A stretch of DNA of 63,626 bases, taken from NCBI GenBank assembly GCA_045629645.1, contig JAZQRR010000026.1, forward strand, positions 1 through 63,626. The letters are read 5' to 3'. Origin of the DNA: Candidatus Enterousia sp. (GTDB lineage Bacteria > Pseudomonadota > Alphaproteobacteria > Rs-D84). The position numbers and the translations under genes are program-made. Positions 19,619-29,418 of this stretch are shown one piece after another; within the stretch, counting starts at the first letter, position 1; the number at the start of each line of letters is the position of its first letter. The notes below the pieces were generated by a model. It made no database searches. It saw nothing but the letters and a program-made list of their open reading frames with translations, and had not been told where the DNA came from.

Positions 19619-21691
19619 ATGTCTGGATTATTGAGATTGTTTGGTTTGTCTGCGATTTCTGCTGGAATTTGCGCGTTTGTCTTTTCTGCGGATGCGGTTC
19701 AGGCCACGGGACGTAACGCTTATAATACGGTGCGTACGACAGCGGGTGCTGGTGCAACAACAACTGCGCGTATGCCCAGTATGCCGACATTGCCGATAAT
19801 TTCTGTTGGAAATATATCCCAAGGAACAAATGCTCCGGTGCCAAATCCATCCCCAGATCCAGCGCCGTCCCCATCGCCGTCGCCAATTCCACCAGTTGAA
19901 CCTGTGCCGGATAAACCAGTTAGTGATTGTCCAGATGGTAAACCGCGTAATTCAGATTATACGGTTGAAATGTGTATGACGGATATTATGAATTGTATTA
20001 ATAATGGTGCTTTGCCAAATGGTTTGAACGATATGTTTAACGAAGATGTTCGTAATTCTATTGTTAATGGTATGCGCCTGTGTTCTGTTCAAGTTGATAG
20101 ATGTGTAACAGATGTCAGACGTGATTGTACGAATGTTTATCGTTCTGCGGCGGATGTTTGGATTGATTTTAATTCACGTCGTGTACAGCCGGAATATTAT
20201 AATTTTGTCTTGCGCAAGACTGGTTTGACACCAAATCAGGCCGAAAATACATGTTTGTTGTTGGACAGAAATACTTATGGAAATTCATTTACAGCGGTTA
20301 ATTCGTCTGGGGTAACAACGTCTGAATATAATCAACAGGTTGGTGCATATAATTCCCAACAGGATGGAACACTGGTAAAACAGAATCCGTTGGGGGTAAC
20401 TGTAAATACAAATGGTGCAGTTGATGCACAGCGTGGACATTATGCGCGTTGGGATGCGACGACTGCGACATGTTATATCCGTGTTGCTGCATATAACAAG
20501 GATAAACAGATTACAAACAGCTGGTTGTTTGGTGGTGCCGGTGATGACAGACTGGCCGAAGTTTGGAAGCCTGCTGGCGAATCGTTTAATTGTAACAAGG
20601 ATTTGTTTGGTTTTAGTTTGATGAAGGATACTGCAACAGCTGCTGTTGTTGGTATTGGTGGTGGTGCCGTATTGGGTGTCGGTATTGGTGCAATTGCTGG
20701 ACACGGCGATCGTAATTTTGACTGTTCTGATGATAAAAATCGCGAGAAATTGTTCGAAGTGTTAAAGAAGTCGGGCAATATTGGTGTATTAAATGCTTAT
20801 CTGGATAATCAATTGAGTACAGTTGGTTCTGGTATAAGTGAAGCACAATGTCAAGAAGTTGCGAAGCTGTATGATGTTTATGCAAAATATGAATCTGCTG
20901 TTTCGGAATGTGAAGAAGCGGGGGTTAATATCAGGGCTACTTTTGAGGCGAAGTTGGAATGTTCAGGCTATGATAATATAGATGATTGTTTTGCGGCAGC
21001 AGGTGAACCATTTACACAGTGTCAAGGTCAGGGATATACTGCTCAACAGTGTGTTGAGTTCTTGGCGAATCAATTTAAAGCTGGTACGTTAACCGGTGCA
21101 GAAACAATTGTTGCTGGTAACTGTTCGTTTAACATGTTAAATAAAGAAAAAGCCAGAACGAACGGTATTTATTGTACAGCACAAAGTGGTTGTGTGCCAT
21201 ATACCAGTGTTCGTGCTGATTTGAATAAGTTGGCGCCAATTATGTCAGGATTAGATTTGTTACAGGGTGAAAAATCTAATTATGGTAAATCAATTGGTAT
21301 CGGTGCTGCGGCGGGTATTGGTGCCGGTGGTTTGGCGACCGCAATTACAGCATTGGTAGAACAGGGGAATATTAATTGTCGTGTTGGTGATGGTTTGGCA
21401 CAGGTTGGGTTGAACAAGTCTTATTCAATTGGTAATTTGAAAGACTTTTATGTAAAGTGGAATTTACGTTTGCCAGATGTTATTGGGCCAACAGCATTGA
21501 TTACGGATTGTCAGTCTTGGAAAAATACATGTGCGACATTCTATGACAGAAATCAGTGTAATGCAGCGCAATTTAACTATAAACCAGCAGGTGCGCCAAC
21601 GGTAACATTGGTTCCAACTGCGTGTCAGATGTCGGGCAGTGTGTGTGTGGAAAATTATTCTGTGGCAAAATCGCACGGTGCATGTGAATAA
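19619..21691 (+). CDS. Secreted Cys-rich protein (690 aa) with a Pro-rich linker and two glycine-zipper segments
   Basis: GGGAGG RBS, signal peptide and PNPSPDPAPSPSPSPIPPVEPVP linker. Glycine zippers are AAVVGIGGGAVLGVGIGAIAG and IGIGAAAGIGAGGLATAITAL. Confidence 0.75.
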   Translation: MSGLLRLFGLSAISAGICAFVFSADAVQATGRNAYNTVRTTAGAGATTTARMPSMPTLPIISVGNISQGTNAPVPNPSPDPAPSPSPSPIPPVEPVPDKPVSDCPDGKPRNSDYTVEMCMTDIMNCINNGALPNGLNDMFNEDVRNSIVNGMRLCSVQVDRCVTDVRRDCTNVYRSAADVWIDFNSRRVQPEYYNFVLRKTGLTPNQAENTCLLLDRNTYGNSFTAVNSSGVTTSEYNQQVGAYNSQQDGTLVKQNPLGVTVNTNGAVDAQRGHYARWDATTATCYIRVAAYNKDKQITNSWLFGGAGDDRLAEVWKPAGESFNCNKDLFGFSLMKDTATAAVVGIGGGAVLGVGIGAIAGHGDRNFDCSDDKNREKLFEVLKKSGNIGVLNAYLDNQLSTVGSGISEAQCQEVAKLYDVYAKYESAVSECEEAGVNIRATFEAKLECSGYDNIDDCFAAAGEPFTQCQGQGYTAQQCVEFLANQFKAGTLTGAETIVAGNCSFNMLNKEKARTNGIYCTAQSGCVPYTSVRADLNKLAPIMSGLDLLQGEKSNYGKSIGIGAAAGIGAGGLATAITALVEQGNINCRVGDGLAQVGLNKSYSIGNLKDFYVKWNLRLPDVIGPTALITDCQSWKNTCATFYDRNQCNAAQFNYKPAGAPTVTLVPTACQMSGSVCVENYSVAKSHGACE

Positions 21692-21721
21692 AAAAAATCC
21701 CCAGTTTGGGGATTTTTTTTA
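21689..21721 (+). terminator. Stereotyped terminator palindrome
   Basis: AAAAAAAATCCCCAGTTTGGGGATTTTTTTT. Confidence 0.7.
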
Positions 21722-21836
21722 TTTGTATGCAATAATGATGTTTTTTTTGTTTTGCTACGGTATGGTAGGCGGGGCTTTTGCTGCTCGGGATGATAAAGTG
21801 GGGGCGGGGAAATATTGTTTTGGTGGGTATGCGGAA

Positions 21837-21866
21837 ATAAAAAAATCCCCGTTCGGGGATTTTTAT
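21837..21866 (-). terminator. Stereotyped terminator palindrome
   Basis: AAAAAAATCCCCGTTCGGGGATTTTT, at the end of the minus-strand gene 21871-23337. Confidence 0.65.
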
Positions 21867-21870
21867 TTTT

Positions 21871-23337
21871 TTATTTAAATATACTGCTTAAATCAAGGTC
21901 CTTGAAATCGTCGTATTTTATATTTTTAAAATCTGTGTATGTTTGTCCTTGGTCTTTATTAATTGTTTCTAATATTTTTTTGCAGTCGTCTGTGTTGGGG
22001 TTTTCTTCGCAATTATAATCAGATACCATCTTTTTCAGACTGGAAAAATCTTTGCGTTGGCAGCCGGTTTCGTCGTTGAATTTATAACCGTCTGTACATT
22101 TACACAGATTGGTTGTTTTGTTCCAAGTACCCTTGGTTGTTGTGCATAATTTTTCGCCCAGTTCACGTTCTGCCTTGGATCGGTCAATGGCGCGATCTAT
22201 TGCGCCTGATGTCAAAGCGCCAACACCGATGCCCATCCCTGCGCCCAGCATTGCAGAAGATGCAGATGTTTGTTCGCGTGTCAGGCGGTATGCGTTTTCT
22301 TTGAATGTTGTAACGTCAATGCCGAACCAGTCAGGTGTGCAACTGAATGATGAGCCTGCGTATGCTTTTTTAGATGCAAATAATGTGCCTTGGTCGCCGG
22401 CGTAAAAGTTTATAGTATAGACGCAATCCAGTGTGCGTTCGTCAAACATTGCACCCAATGTTTTACACGTTTCTGCCATTTTGTCGCGTAATTCATACAG
22501 GCGTTTTTCATCGCGTGTAATTGTTTTTTCTGCATCTTGACGAAGTGTGCCAAAAACACCCATTGCGCGCGCGGCCAGTCCATTGTCTTGTTCTTGACAT
22601 GAATCTGCAATTTGTTTGCACTTTGCAACCGCGGCGTCACCAGCGGTTTTTCCCAGACATTTTGTAAACTTTTGTCCGCATTCAGCGATTATGCAGTTGT
22701 TATAATCGTTTCCGCAACCAACAATAGAATTGTATAAAGCTAGTTGTTTGTTTGCGTCGCGGTCGGCCTTGATTTCTGTTGTGAATAATCTGTATTCTTC
22801 GCCTGTGCATTCGATTTTTAGACGGCAGTTATCCATCTTGCTGCCCCAGGTTGTGTCTGTATCGTTTGCGCATTTTGAAAAATCCTTTCCGCATTTTTCT
22901 TGCATACATGCACGAAGATTTTGGTCGCATAAATTTTTCCCGTTACTGAATGCGCGTTCTTGCGCTTGTGAATTAGCTGCGGTGGCGTCGCGTGCGTCCA
23001 GTGCAGCGCGTTGTTCACGTATTTTTTTTGCCAATTCTGTGTCGGCGCTGTTTTCGTTGGCAAAGCTGTCTGCCAATGCCTCAGAAAATTGGCTTGCTTT
23101 GTTTTCAACATGAATTTCTGGTTCAAATGCTTTTGTTTCTGTTTCTTTTTTGTTTTCTGCGATTTGTTCTTGTTGTGCGGTCGCAACGCGTTGTGTTGAT
23201 GCGCGTTGTGCTGCAACAGATGGTCTTTTTGCGCGTGATACAACCGCTGCAGCATTTGTCACGTCGCAGTGCAAAGCTGCGCATATCATAATTATTATGC
23301 TGGCGGATATTCTTTTAAGATGACGTGTTGTTTGCAT
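21871..23337 (-). CDS. Secreted Cys-rich protein (about 488 aa), a short relative of the family with a glycine-zipper segment
   Basis: The ATG at 23337 gives MQTTRHLKRISASIIIMICAALHC... Motifs CDQNLRACMQEKCGKDFSKC, VGCGNDYNNCIIAECGQKFTKC and SAMLGAGMGIGVGALTSGAI. Confidence 0.7.
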   Translation of the reverse strand: MQTTRHLKRISASIIIMICAALHCDVTNAAAVVSRAKRPSVAAQRASTQRVATAQQEQIAENKKETETKAFEPEIHVENKASQFSEALADSFANENSADTELAKKIREQRAALDARDATAANSQAQERAFSNGKNLCDQNLRACMQEKCGKDFSKCANDTDTTWGSKMDNCRLKIECTGEEYRLFTTEIKADRDANKQLALYNSIVGCGNDYNNCIIAECGQKFTKCLGKTAGDAAVAKCKQIADSCQEQDNGLAARAMGVFGTLRQDAEKTITRDEKRLYELRDKMAETCKTLGAMFDERTLDCVYTINFYAGDQGTLFASKKAYAGSSFSCTPDWFGIDVTTFKENAYRLTREQTSASSAMLGAGMGIGVGALTSGAIDRAIDRSKAERELGEKLCTTTKGTWNKTTNLCKCTDGYKFNDETGCQRKDFSSLKKMVSDYNCEENPNTDDCKKILETINKDQGQTYTDFKNIKYDDFKDLDLSSIFK

Positions 23338-23348
23338 TTTTTTTATGT

Positions 23349-24215
23349 CTAGTCCAGTGTTGTACATGCGGATTGATAGAACTTGCACAGGCTGGCTGCG
23401 GCGGATTTTTCCGACTCAAAGTCAGTGGCGCATTTATTTGGCATATTGTTTTCACATACTGTTGCAATACAATTGTTGTATGCACTGTTGTCTTGGCAGC
23501 CAGATATTATTTGTTTCAGTTTCTTGTCGCGTGCGTCCGCGTATGTGGCGACGATCTGTTTTAGTATTGTGTCCGCGTTCTTGATTGCGGTGTCGCGTGA
23601 TGCAATCAATGTTTCGCGCAGGGCAGATATATGTTCGTCACAGCCACCAATCTGTACGCTGCAATCAGAAAAATGTTTGTTAAAGTCGGTGTCCGATTCG
23701 CATTTACGCCAGTCAGACAAACATTTGTTGTCCGCAATGATGCATGCTGTTATTGTAGATTCGCATTCGGATTTGGATTTTGTTTTTGTAATATTTTCTT
23801 GAATCTTTTGTAATTGTGCAGATATGCCGGCCGCAGTACAAGATTGTTCAATCAATTTGTCGTATGTATCAGATACGTCGTCGGGTGTACATCCGGAAAC
23901 CTTGGTAATACATTGTTTTGTTGCCCAAGCATAACGTTCACCAGGGTCGGTTGGTGCACTTTTTAAATCTTTTTCTGAAATATTGTATTTTGCAGAAGAA
24001 CCAACGTTAACACTGCGCATTCCTTTGGGTGTCTGGGGGGTGCCGGCGTCCGATGTGCCACAATATTGACAGCGTGCAGATGGATTCGCAGAAATATTCA
24101 GTGCGCATACGGAATCCAGACACTTTGTCAAGTTCGCACGCGAACAAGTTGTTGCGGCGTGGGCCCCAAAACATATGGTTAATATCGGTAAAAAATATAG
24201 AATACGTGTGTGCAT
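23349..24215 (-). CDS. Secreted Cys-rich protein (288 aa), a short relative of the family
   Basis: Signal peptide MHTRILYFLPILTICFGAHA, then TCSRANLTKCLDSVCALNISANPSARCQYC, which has the same Cys spacing as the CMDxFC motif. Confidence 0.7.
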   Translation of the reverse strand: MHTRILYFLPILTICFGAHAATTCSRANLTKCLDSVCALNISANPSARCQYCGTSDAGTPQTPKGMRSVNVGSSAKYNISEKDLKSAPTDPGERYAWATKQCITKVSGCTPDDVSDTYDKLIEQSCTAAGISAQLQKIQENITKTKSKSECESTITACIIADNKCLSDWRKCESDTDFNKHFSDCSVQIGGCDEHISALRETLIASRDTAIKNADTILKQIVATYADARDKKLKQIISGCQDNSAYNNCIATVCENNMPNKCATDFESEKSAAASLCKFYQSACTTLD

Positions 24216-24292
24216 TTTCTCTCTTGGTGAAGATTATAACAAATATTATAATTGCGCGCAAAGAAAAAATAAAAAAGTTTTAACAAACACTA

Positions 24293-24321
24293 TTGACAAA
24301 TGCTTCTTGTTTGTCTATAAT
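24293..24321 (+). promoter_or_regulatory. Consensus sigma70 promoter
   Basis: TTGACA, 17-nt spacer, TATAAT, both hexamers exact, 32 nt upstream of the 24353 ATG. Confidence 0.6.
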
Positions 24322-24352
24322 GAGGGTATGAAGTAATAAAAAAGGATAATGT

Positions 24353-24871
24353 ATGAAAAAAAATGATTTGAAAAAATACGCATTCATTGTTGGTTCTGGT
24401 TTTGTAACATTGTTTGGGACTACGGGATGTACAGAAAATAATACTTATAACAATGACTGTTGTTCTGATACATTACGTTATGTTATTGTTAAACCGGGGC
24501 AAAAATATGTTGTCCCAGGTAATGTTGTTAATTTGGGCGAAGGTGCGGTAAATAATGGTAATATCATTATTATAAATGACAATAGTGTGAATTATAATGA
24601 TGTTGCACCAGTAAAACCAGCGCCAGTAAAACCAAAACCAGCGCCGGTAAAACCAAAGCCTGCACCAGTGCAACCAGTACGACCTGTAAAACCGGTACAA
24701 CCAGTGCAACCAGTACAACCGGTGCAACCAGTGCAACCAGTACGACCTGTAAAACCAGTGCAACCAGTGCAACCAGTGCAGCCAGTACAACCAGTACAGC
24801 CAGTACAGCCGGTACAAAGGGCAGAAGGCTATGCCAGGGTAGTTATCGAATACAATCAATGTATCCGATAA
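24353..24871 (+). CDS. Probable lipoprotein with a PVKP/PVQP tandem-repeat tract
   Basis: Signal [26 protein letters not shown] with a Cys at the end of the hydrophobic segment. The C-terminal half is (P-V-[KQR]) repeats. Confidence 0.7.
   Translation: MKKNDLKKYAFIVGSGFVTLFGTTGCTENNTYNNDCCSDTLRYVIVKPGQKYVVPGNVVNLGEGAVNNGNIIIINDNSVNYNDVAPVKPAPVKPKPAPVKPKPAPVQPVRPVKPVQPVQPVQPVQPVQPVRPVKPVQPVQPVQPVQPVQPVQPVQRAEGYARVVIEYNQCIR
24607..24818 (+). repeat. In-frame 9-bp tandem repeats (CCAGTGCAA / CCAGTACAA / CCGGTACAA variants) with a higher-order ~63-81 bp unit
   Basis: Direct reading of 24601-24820. The higher-order unit starts with CCAGTACGACCTGTAAAACC at 24674 and again at 24737. Confidence 0.8.
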
Positions 24872-24985
24872 AAGGTTTTTATGTGTTTAAGGTCCGTCCT
24901 GTCAGGGCGGACTTTTTTGTTTTTTTCTGGACTTGTTATGGGGGGTATGATAAAATTTATCTGTAATAAGTAAGAGAATGTAGTT

Positions 24986-27900
24986 ATGAAATTTATCAAA
25001 GCTTTTGTTTTTGCACTGTTTTTTGCACCTTGTGTGTCGTTCGCGGCATCTAATGATTTTATGGTGGCGGCACAGTTGTTGGCTGCGGCAAAAAATGCAG
25101 ATGTACAGCAGGTACAGTTGTTGGTAAATAATGGGGCTGATGTTAATTATGTTGATGCAACTGGGTTGTCTATTGTATGTACGGCTTTGTTAAATAACGA
25201 TATTCGTGCTGCGCAGATTTTGCAGATGTATGGGGCGGATGCGTCAAAGTGCGATAATCAAATTAAAAAGTACAAGAATAAAAACAAGGTCAGGGATGCG
25301 GGGGGATTATTCAGTGGACTGTCGTCAGTGCAGACGCTATCATTGGCGGCGGCAGGGGCCGCCGTTGTCGTAGGGGGCTTGTTTTTGTTGACAGATGCTT
25401 TTGATCCTGGAAATGATAATGATGCGGGTGGTGCAGGTGGTGGCGGCGGAAACACAGATGAACCGTCTGGACCGGTTACGCCAGGAGCTGCGGGGTTAAA
25501 GGTGGCGTATGGGCCTGCGTATATGAACGCAGATGGCACGATGACCCAAGATGATACGGTGTATCAAAATAATTTGACAACATGGAATCCCAGCTATGGC
25601 GGTTTACGTCAGCTGGATTTTGATTATTTCAGACCAGATGTTCAGGCAGCTAATAATTTTTATGTCGATGGTATCAAGGTGCCTGTACAGAATTATTTGT
25701 TGATGATGCACGGGTATTCTGCGTTTGCAAATGGATATATGGGAAAAACAATCTTTCGTGAAAAAACAAATCATAACCCTGTGCCAGTTGGAAATGCCGC
25801 AGGTGGTGGTGAACCTGTGCGTGTCGGTCTGATTACAGCAAACGGTTTAAACCCAACAGGGTCGGCGGGACGTGCCGAAGGCGTTTTGTTCGCAGCCAGT
25901 GCAGCAACAGATGCAAATACTTTTTTGGTCGATAAATATTTGAATTATGAAAATCCTGTAAATAATGTTTTGGGGGCAGAAAAAAATAATTTTGATTTGT
26001 CTGGCAGTGGTACTGCAATGAATCCGTTCGCAACGGCGTATGACAGTGCGCTGGGCAAGATTGTTGCAGGTTGGGAATCTGGCGGACGTTCTTATGGCGA
26101 CTTTTATGGTTTTGTGCCAAATGGCAGATTGGCAATTCACAGAACAGGAAATGGTAAACAGTGGGCGGATGTTGAAAATCCAACCGAAGGGAATGCTGTT
26201 GGAACTGTAACAGATACAGATGTAAATAATAAAATTAGTGCAGGTGATACAATCGTTTTGGATGAACAATCTTATCTTGTGTCTTTGGCAACGGATTCTG
26301 CGGTTGTAAGACCGGTGATTACGGTTAATGGTACAAATTATGATGTTGCACAGAACAGTAATTTGTTGGTTGCGAAATGCACTGGGGATAATTGCACGGA
26401 TGTGTCTGATATCGCGATATATCAAGGAACGGATGGTTTGTATTATATTAATACATCTGGTGGAAATGGCGCTGATAGTGTCTTGGTGTTGGATGCGGGT
26501 AATTTATATGCGCAAAAAGAATTAGTAGATGCTGATTATAAAAACTTTCAGGCGTTGTATAATTCGCGTAATGATGGCGCAGATGTTATCGCAAACGTTT
26601 CTGTTATTGTGCCTGCGCGTGAAAATGATTACTTGACGATACGCGATATGCCTGCGTTTTTGGCATTAAGCTCATTGGCTGATATCGAAGATTTTAAAAA
26701 TCAGATAGATGCTGTTTATGAAAAAAATTCATTGGATGCGACATCCCAAGGTGCGTATGCAAATCTGTTATTTAATTCTTATGGATCTTCTTCGCCGATA
26801 ATGGTTATGCCAGCAGGTGAATATGTTTTAAAAGTTGGTGATGTTGTTAAGTCGCCGTCTGTTTTGGATGCAACATTTGAAAATTATGCACCGTTGTTGT
26901 ATGGCGCGAATTTAAATCAGCGTTTTATGACAGTCGTTGCTGTTATGCAATCAAATGGTACCGACAGTGCTGATTCTATTGCAGATTATGGTAATGGCGG
27001 TGGCGAATTTGGCAAGCTGTATTTATCAATGTGGTCTGATGCAGAAACAGATACAATGTATTCTTCACGTAAATGTGGTGTTGCAGGCAGTGGGGCAGGT
27101 GGTGTTGACCCATGGTGTTTCGCAGCTGCGGGTGCAACCGCAGAAATGGCAACTGCAGCGGCAGCAGGTGCGGTGGCTTCGGTTCAGGCGGCATTTGATT
27201 ATATGTCAAACGAACAGGTTTATCAATTGTTGGCATTGACTGCGGATGGTTATTTGTTGGGGACAGATGCGTCGGGGGCCGCATTCCAACCAGATACGCT
27301 GGCGGCATATTTGCAGGCAAAATATTCTTTGCCACCAGAATATTATCAAACTTCATTAAGTGCAGATGAATATTTGAAAGCTTTTGCAGATGTGTATGGA
27401 TATGGCTTGATTAACCTGGAACGTGCAATGACGCCGGGAAAGTCTGTTTATTATTATAATGGTAATCGTATTGTTTCTGCAGATGGTAATGCGTATTGGC
27501 GTTCTGCAACTAATACGACATTCAGACCGTCTGCTGTGTTGAATTTGCGTGGCGCGTCTGTCAGTGCACCGTTTTATGATGTGGTACAAAGTGTTGATGG
27601 CAAGATGACTTTGCCACGTGTTTGGAAAAACGAATTTGCGATTGGACCAACGGATAAAAGCGGTTTGTATATGGGGGATGTATTGGGCGAATTGAAAACA
27701 CGTCGTGAAAATGATGTGCAAACTATGGTTGGTAATATCGGATTGTCAATGGCAATGTCAGAACGCGCGTATGATGATAATATGAACGGGCTGGATAATT
27801 TAAGTTTAGGTTATGCGTATGGAAATTGGGGATTTGGTGCGGATTATCAACGTTATTTTACAGATGGAGAATCGCGTTTTGATGGATTGGCAAATCCGAT

Positions 27901-28669
27901 ATTAGGATTGGCGTCAAATGTTATTTCTTCGGATGTGAAATATATGTATGGAAACTGGATGTTTGGTGGTCGTGTTTTTTCTGGGGCGATTACAGATGAA
28001 GGTTTGCTGGAAAATGACCCTGCGATTTCTGCGCAATATATGCCTGCTAAGTTGGGATTAATTCAAGGAGGCAGTGCGGATATTGCATGGAAAAACGGCG
28101 CGTTAAATATTGGAACGTCCATAGGTTTTGTTCGTGAATCAGATACTTTGTTGGGGGCGCAGACGGGTGGTCTGTTGAATTTGGGGGCCGGTGATACAAC
28201 ATTTATTGACGCGGTTGTTAAATACAATTTATTTGAATCTGTAAATTTTGTGGCGCGCGCAACATTTGCCAGAACGGTTTCAGATGCATCGGGGGATGTT
28301 ATTTTGGGACTGGGGGATATTTATTCTGATTCTTTTGCGATTGGTGCAAATGTTGGGAATTTTGAGTTTGCAGTTTCTCAACCGCTGGCAATCGTTAATG
28401 GCGATTTGCAGTATGCGTATGCAGATTATCGTGTGACAGGTGATGAAATGTCAGGTTATGTATTGGATATTGCAGATGCTTATGTTGCGGATTTGTCGCT
28501 GAAACCAGATTCCAGAGAATTACGTTTTTCGGGGACATATCGTCATAAATTTGGTGAGTTTACAGATGGTGCGTTTGGATTTATTTATCGCGTGAACCCA
28601 AATCATACAGATGATTTTGGTAATGAATCTGTATTTATGATGAAATTAACCCATCGTTTAGGTATATAA
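24986..28669 (+). CDS. Large exported protein (1227 aa) with N-terminal ankyrin repeats, a possibly degenerate subtilase(S8)-like region and a C-terminal beta-barrel (autotransporter-like) region
   Basis: Signal peptide present. LLAAAKNADVQQVQLLVNNGADVNYVDATGLSIVCTALLNNDIRAAQILQMYGADAS fits the ANK consensus. YGYGLINLERAM resembles the end of an S8 domain. The C-terminus has alternating-residue beta-strand patterns. Confidence 0.6.
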   Translation: MKFIKAFVFALFFAPCVSFAASNDFMVAAQLLAAAKNADVQQVQLLVNNGADVNYVDATGLSIVCTALLNNDIRAAQILQMYGADASKCDNQIKKYKNKNKVRDAGGLFSGLSSVQTLSLAAAGAAVVVGGLFLLTDAFDPGNDNDAGGAGGGGGNTDEPSGPVTPGAAGLKVAYGPAYMNADGTMTQDDTVYQNNLTTWNPSYGGLRQLDFDYFRPDVQAANNFYVDGIKVPVQNYLLMMHGYSAFANGYMGKTIFREKTNHNPVPVGNAAGGGEPVRVGLITANGLNPTGSAGRAEGVLFAASAATDANTFLVDKYLNYENPVNNVLGAEKNNFDLSGSGTAMNPFATAYDSALGKIVAGWESGGRSYGDFYGFVPNGRLAIHRTGNGKQWADVENPTEGNAVGTVTDTDVNNKISAGDTIVLDEQSYLVSLATDSAVVRPVITVNGTNYDVAQNSNLLVAKCTGDNCTDVSDIAIYQGTDGLYYINTSGGNGADSVLVLDAGNLYAQKELVDADYKNFQALYNSRNDGADVIANVSVIVPARENDYLTIRDMPAFLALSSLADIEDFKNQIDAVYEKNSLDATSQGAYANLLFNSYGSSSPIMVMPAGEYVLKVGDVVKSPSVLDATFENYAPLLYGANLNQRFMTVVAVMQSNGTDSADSIADYGNGGGEFGKLYLSMWSDAETDTMYSSRKCGVAGSGAGGVDPWCFAAAGATAEMATAAAAGAVASVQAAFDYMSNEQVYQLLALTADGYLLGTDASGAAFQPDTLAAYLQAKYSLPPEYYQTSLSADEYLKAFADVYGYGLINLERAMTPGKSVYYYNGNRIVSADGNAYWRSATNTTFRPSAVLNLRGASVSAPFYDVVQSVDGKMTLPRVWKNEFAIGPTDKSGLYMGDVLGELKTRRENDVQTMVGNIGLSMAMSERAYDDNMNGLDNLSLGYAYGNWGFGADYQRYFTDGESRFDGLANPILGLASNVISSDVKYMYGNWMFGGRVFSGAITDEGLLENDPAISAQYMPAKLGLIQGGSADIAWKNGALNIGTSIGFVRESDTLLGAQTGGLLNLGAGDTTFIDAVVKYNLFESVNFVARATFARTVSDASGDVILGLGDIYSDSFAIGANVGNFEFAVSQPLAIVNGDLQYAYADYRVTGDEMSGYVLDIADAYVADLSLKPDSRELRFSGTYRHKFGEFTDGAFGFIYRVNPNHTDDFGNESVFMMKLTHRLGI

Positions 28670-28696
28670 AAAAACCGGCGTTGCGCCGGTTTTTTT
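28668..28696. terminator. Bidirectional terminator
   Basis: AAAAAACCGGCGTTGCGCCGGTTTTTTT. Confidence 0.65.
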
Positions 28697-29405
28697 AATT
28701 GGCAAAATATTTTGATTTTTGTTGTTGTGAAATAGAATACATTTTTTCAAATAATTTTTCTGCATCAGATTGGCTGGCCACGGTTGTGTCAGAGTTTGGA
28801 TTGTATTCCGCGCCATTTAAAATGATTAAGCGGTTTGGCAATATTTCACTGTTGCCACATTCAATATAATAACGTGCAGAATCATAATATTTTCCGTAAC
28901 ACTTACCGTTCAGTACAGCTGCGTAACCATCGTTTGCCAACTGTTTACATGTTGGTTGATTTTTATATACTATTTCACCATTTGATAATACTTCATCAGC
29001 GTTATCAAGAATCCCGTTACACCATATGTTTTTGTATTCGCCATTTACCATCGCCATTGTTCCGTCCTTGTTTAATTTTCTGCGACCGAAACATTCGTTG
29101 GCATTATCTAACAGGTCTGTGTCAAAATCTGAACTGATACCTTGTTTTCTTTCTATGGCTTTCTGAGATATTAATTTTGCAGTTTCACCAACGGGGTTTA
29201 ATGCGTTGGGGCAAATATATTTCATTCCACGACAATTACTGTCCGTGTCCCAGATTTGGAAATCAATTCCAGTGCCACCGGATAAATAACATTTTGTTGT
29301 GTCCAATTTGCATACGGTTGGTTGTTCCCACCATTGATTGGCGTTTGCATTGGTAATTGATGCGCATATAATAAAAATTGTCGAATATAAAAGTGTGTTT
29401 TTCAT
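28695..29405 (-). CDS. Secreted Cys-containing protein (236 aa), apparently co-transcribed downstream of family member C
   Basis: Signal peptide MKNTLLYSTIFIICASITNANA. A 13-nt gap separates it from the upstream gene. Confidence 0.6.
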   Translation of the reverse strand: MKNTLLYSTIFIICASITNANANQWWEQPTVCKLDTTKCYLSGGTGIDFQIWDTDSNCRGMKYICPNALNPVGETAKLISQKAIERKQGISSDFDTDLLDNANECFGRRKLNKDGTMAMVNGEYKNIWCNGILDNADEVLSNGEIVYKNQPTCKQLANDGYAAVLNGKCYGKYYDSARYYIECGNSEILPNRLIILNGAEYNPNSDTTVASQSDAEKLFEKMYSISQQQKSKYFAN

Positions 29406-29418
29406 TATTTTTTTCCTC

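Noticed and set aside
21722-21836. G-rich 115-bp spacer between two back-to-back terminators (possible sRNA or G-quadruplex), and ORF 21639-21878
   Set aside because: No promoter-like hexamers or conserved structure could be identified. The G-runs are short and irregular. The ORF spans both terminator palindromes and is implausible. I leave it as unexplained spacer.
24607-24818. Short periodic repeats as a possible CRISPR array
   Set aside because: The units are 9 bp and contiguous, with no spacers. They are in frame within a coding sequence and there are no cas genes, so this is a protein-coding tandem repeat.
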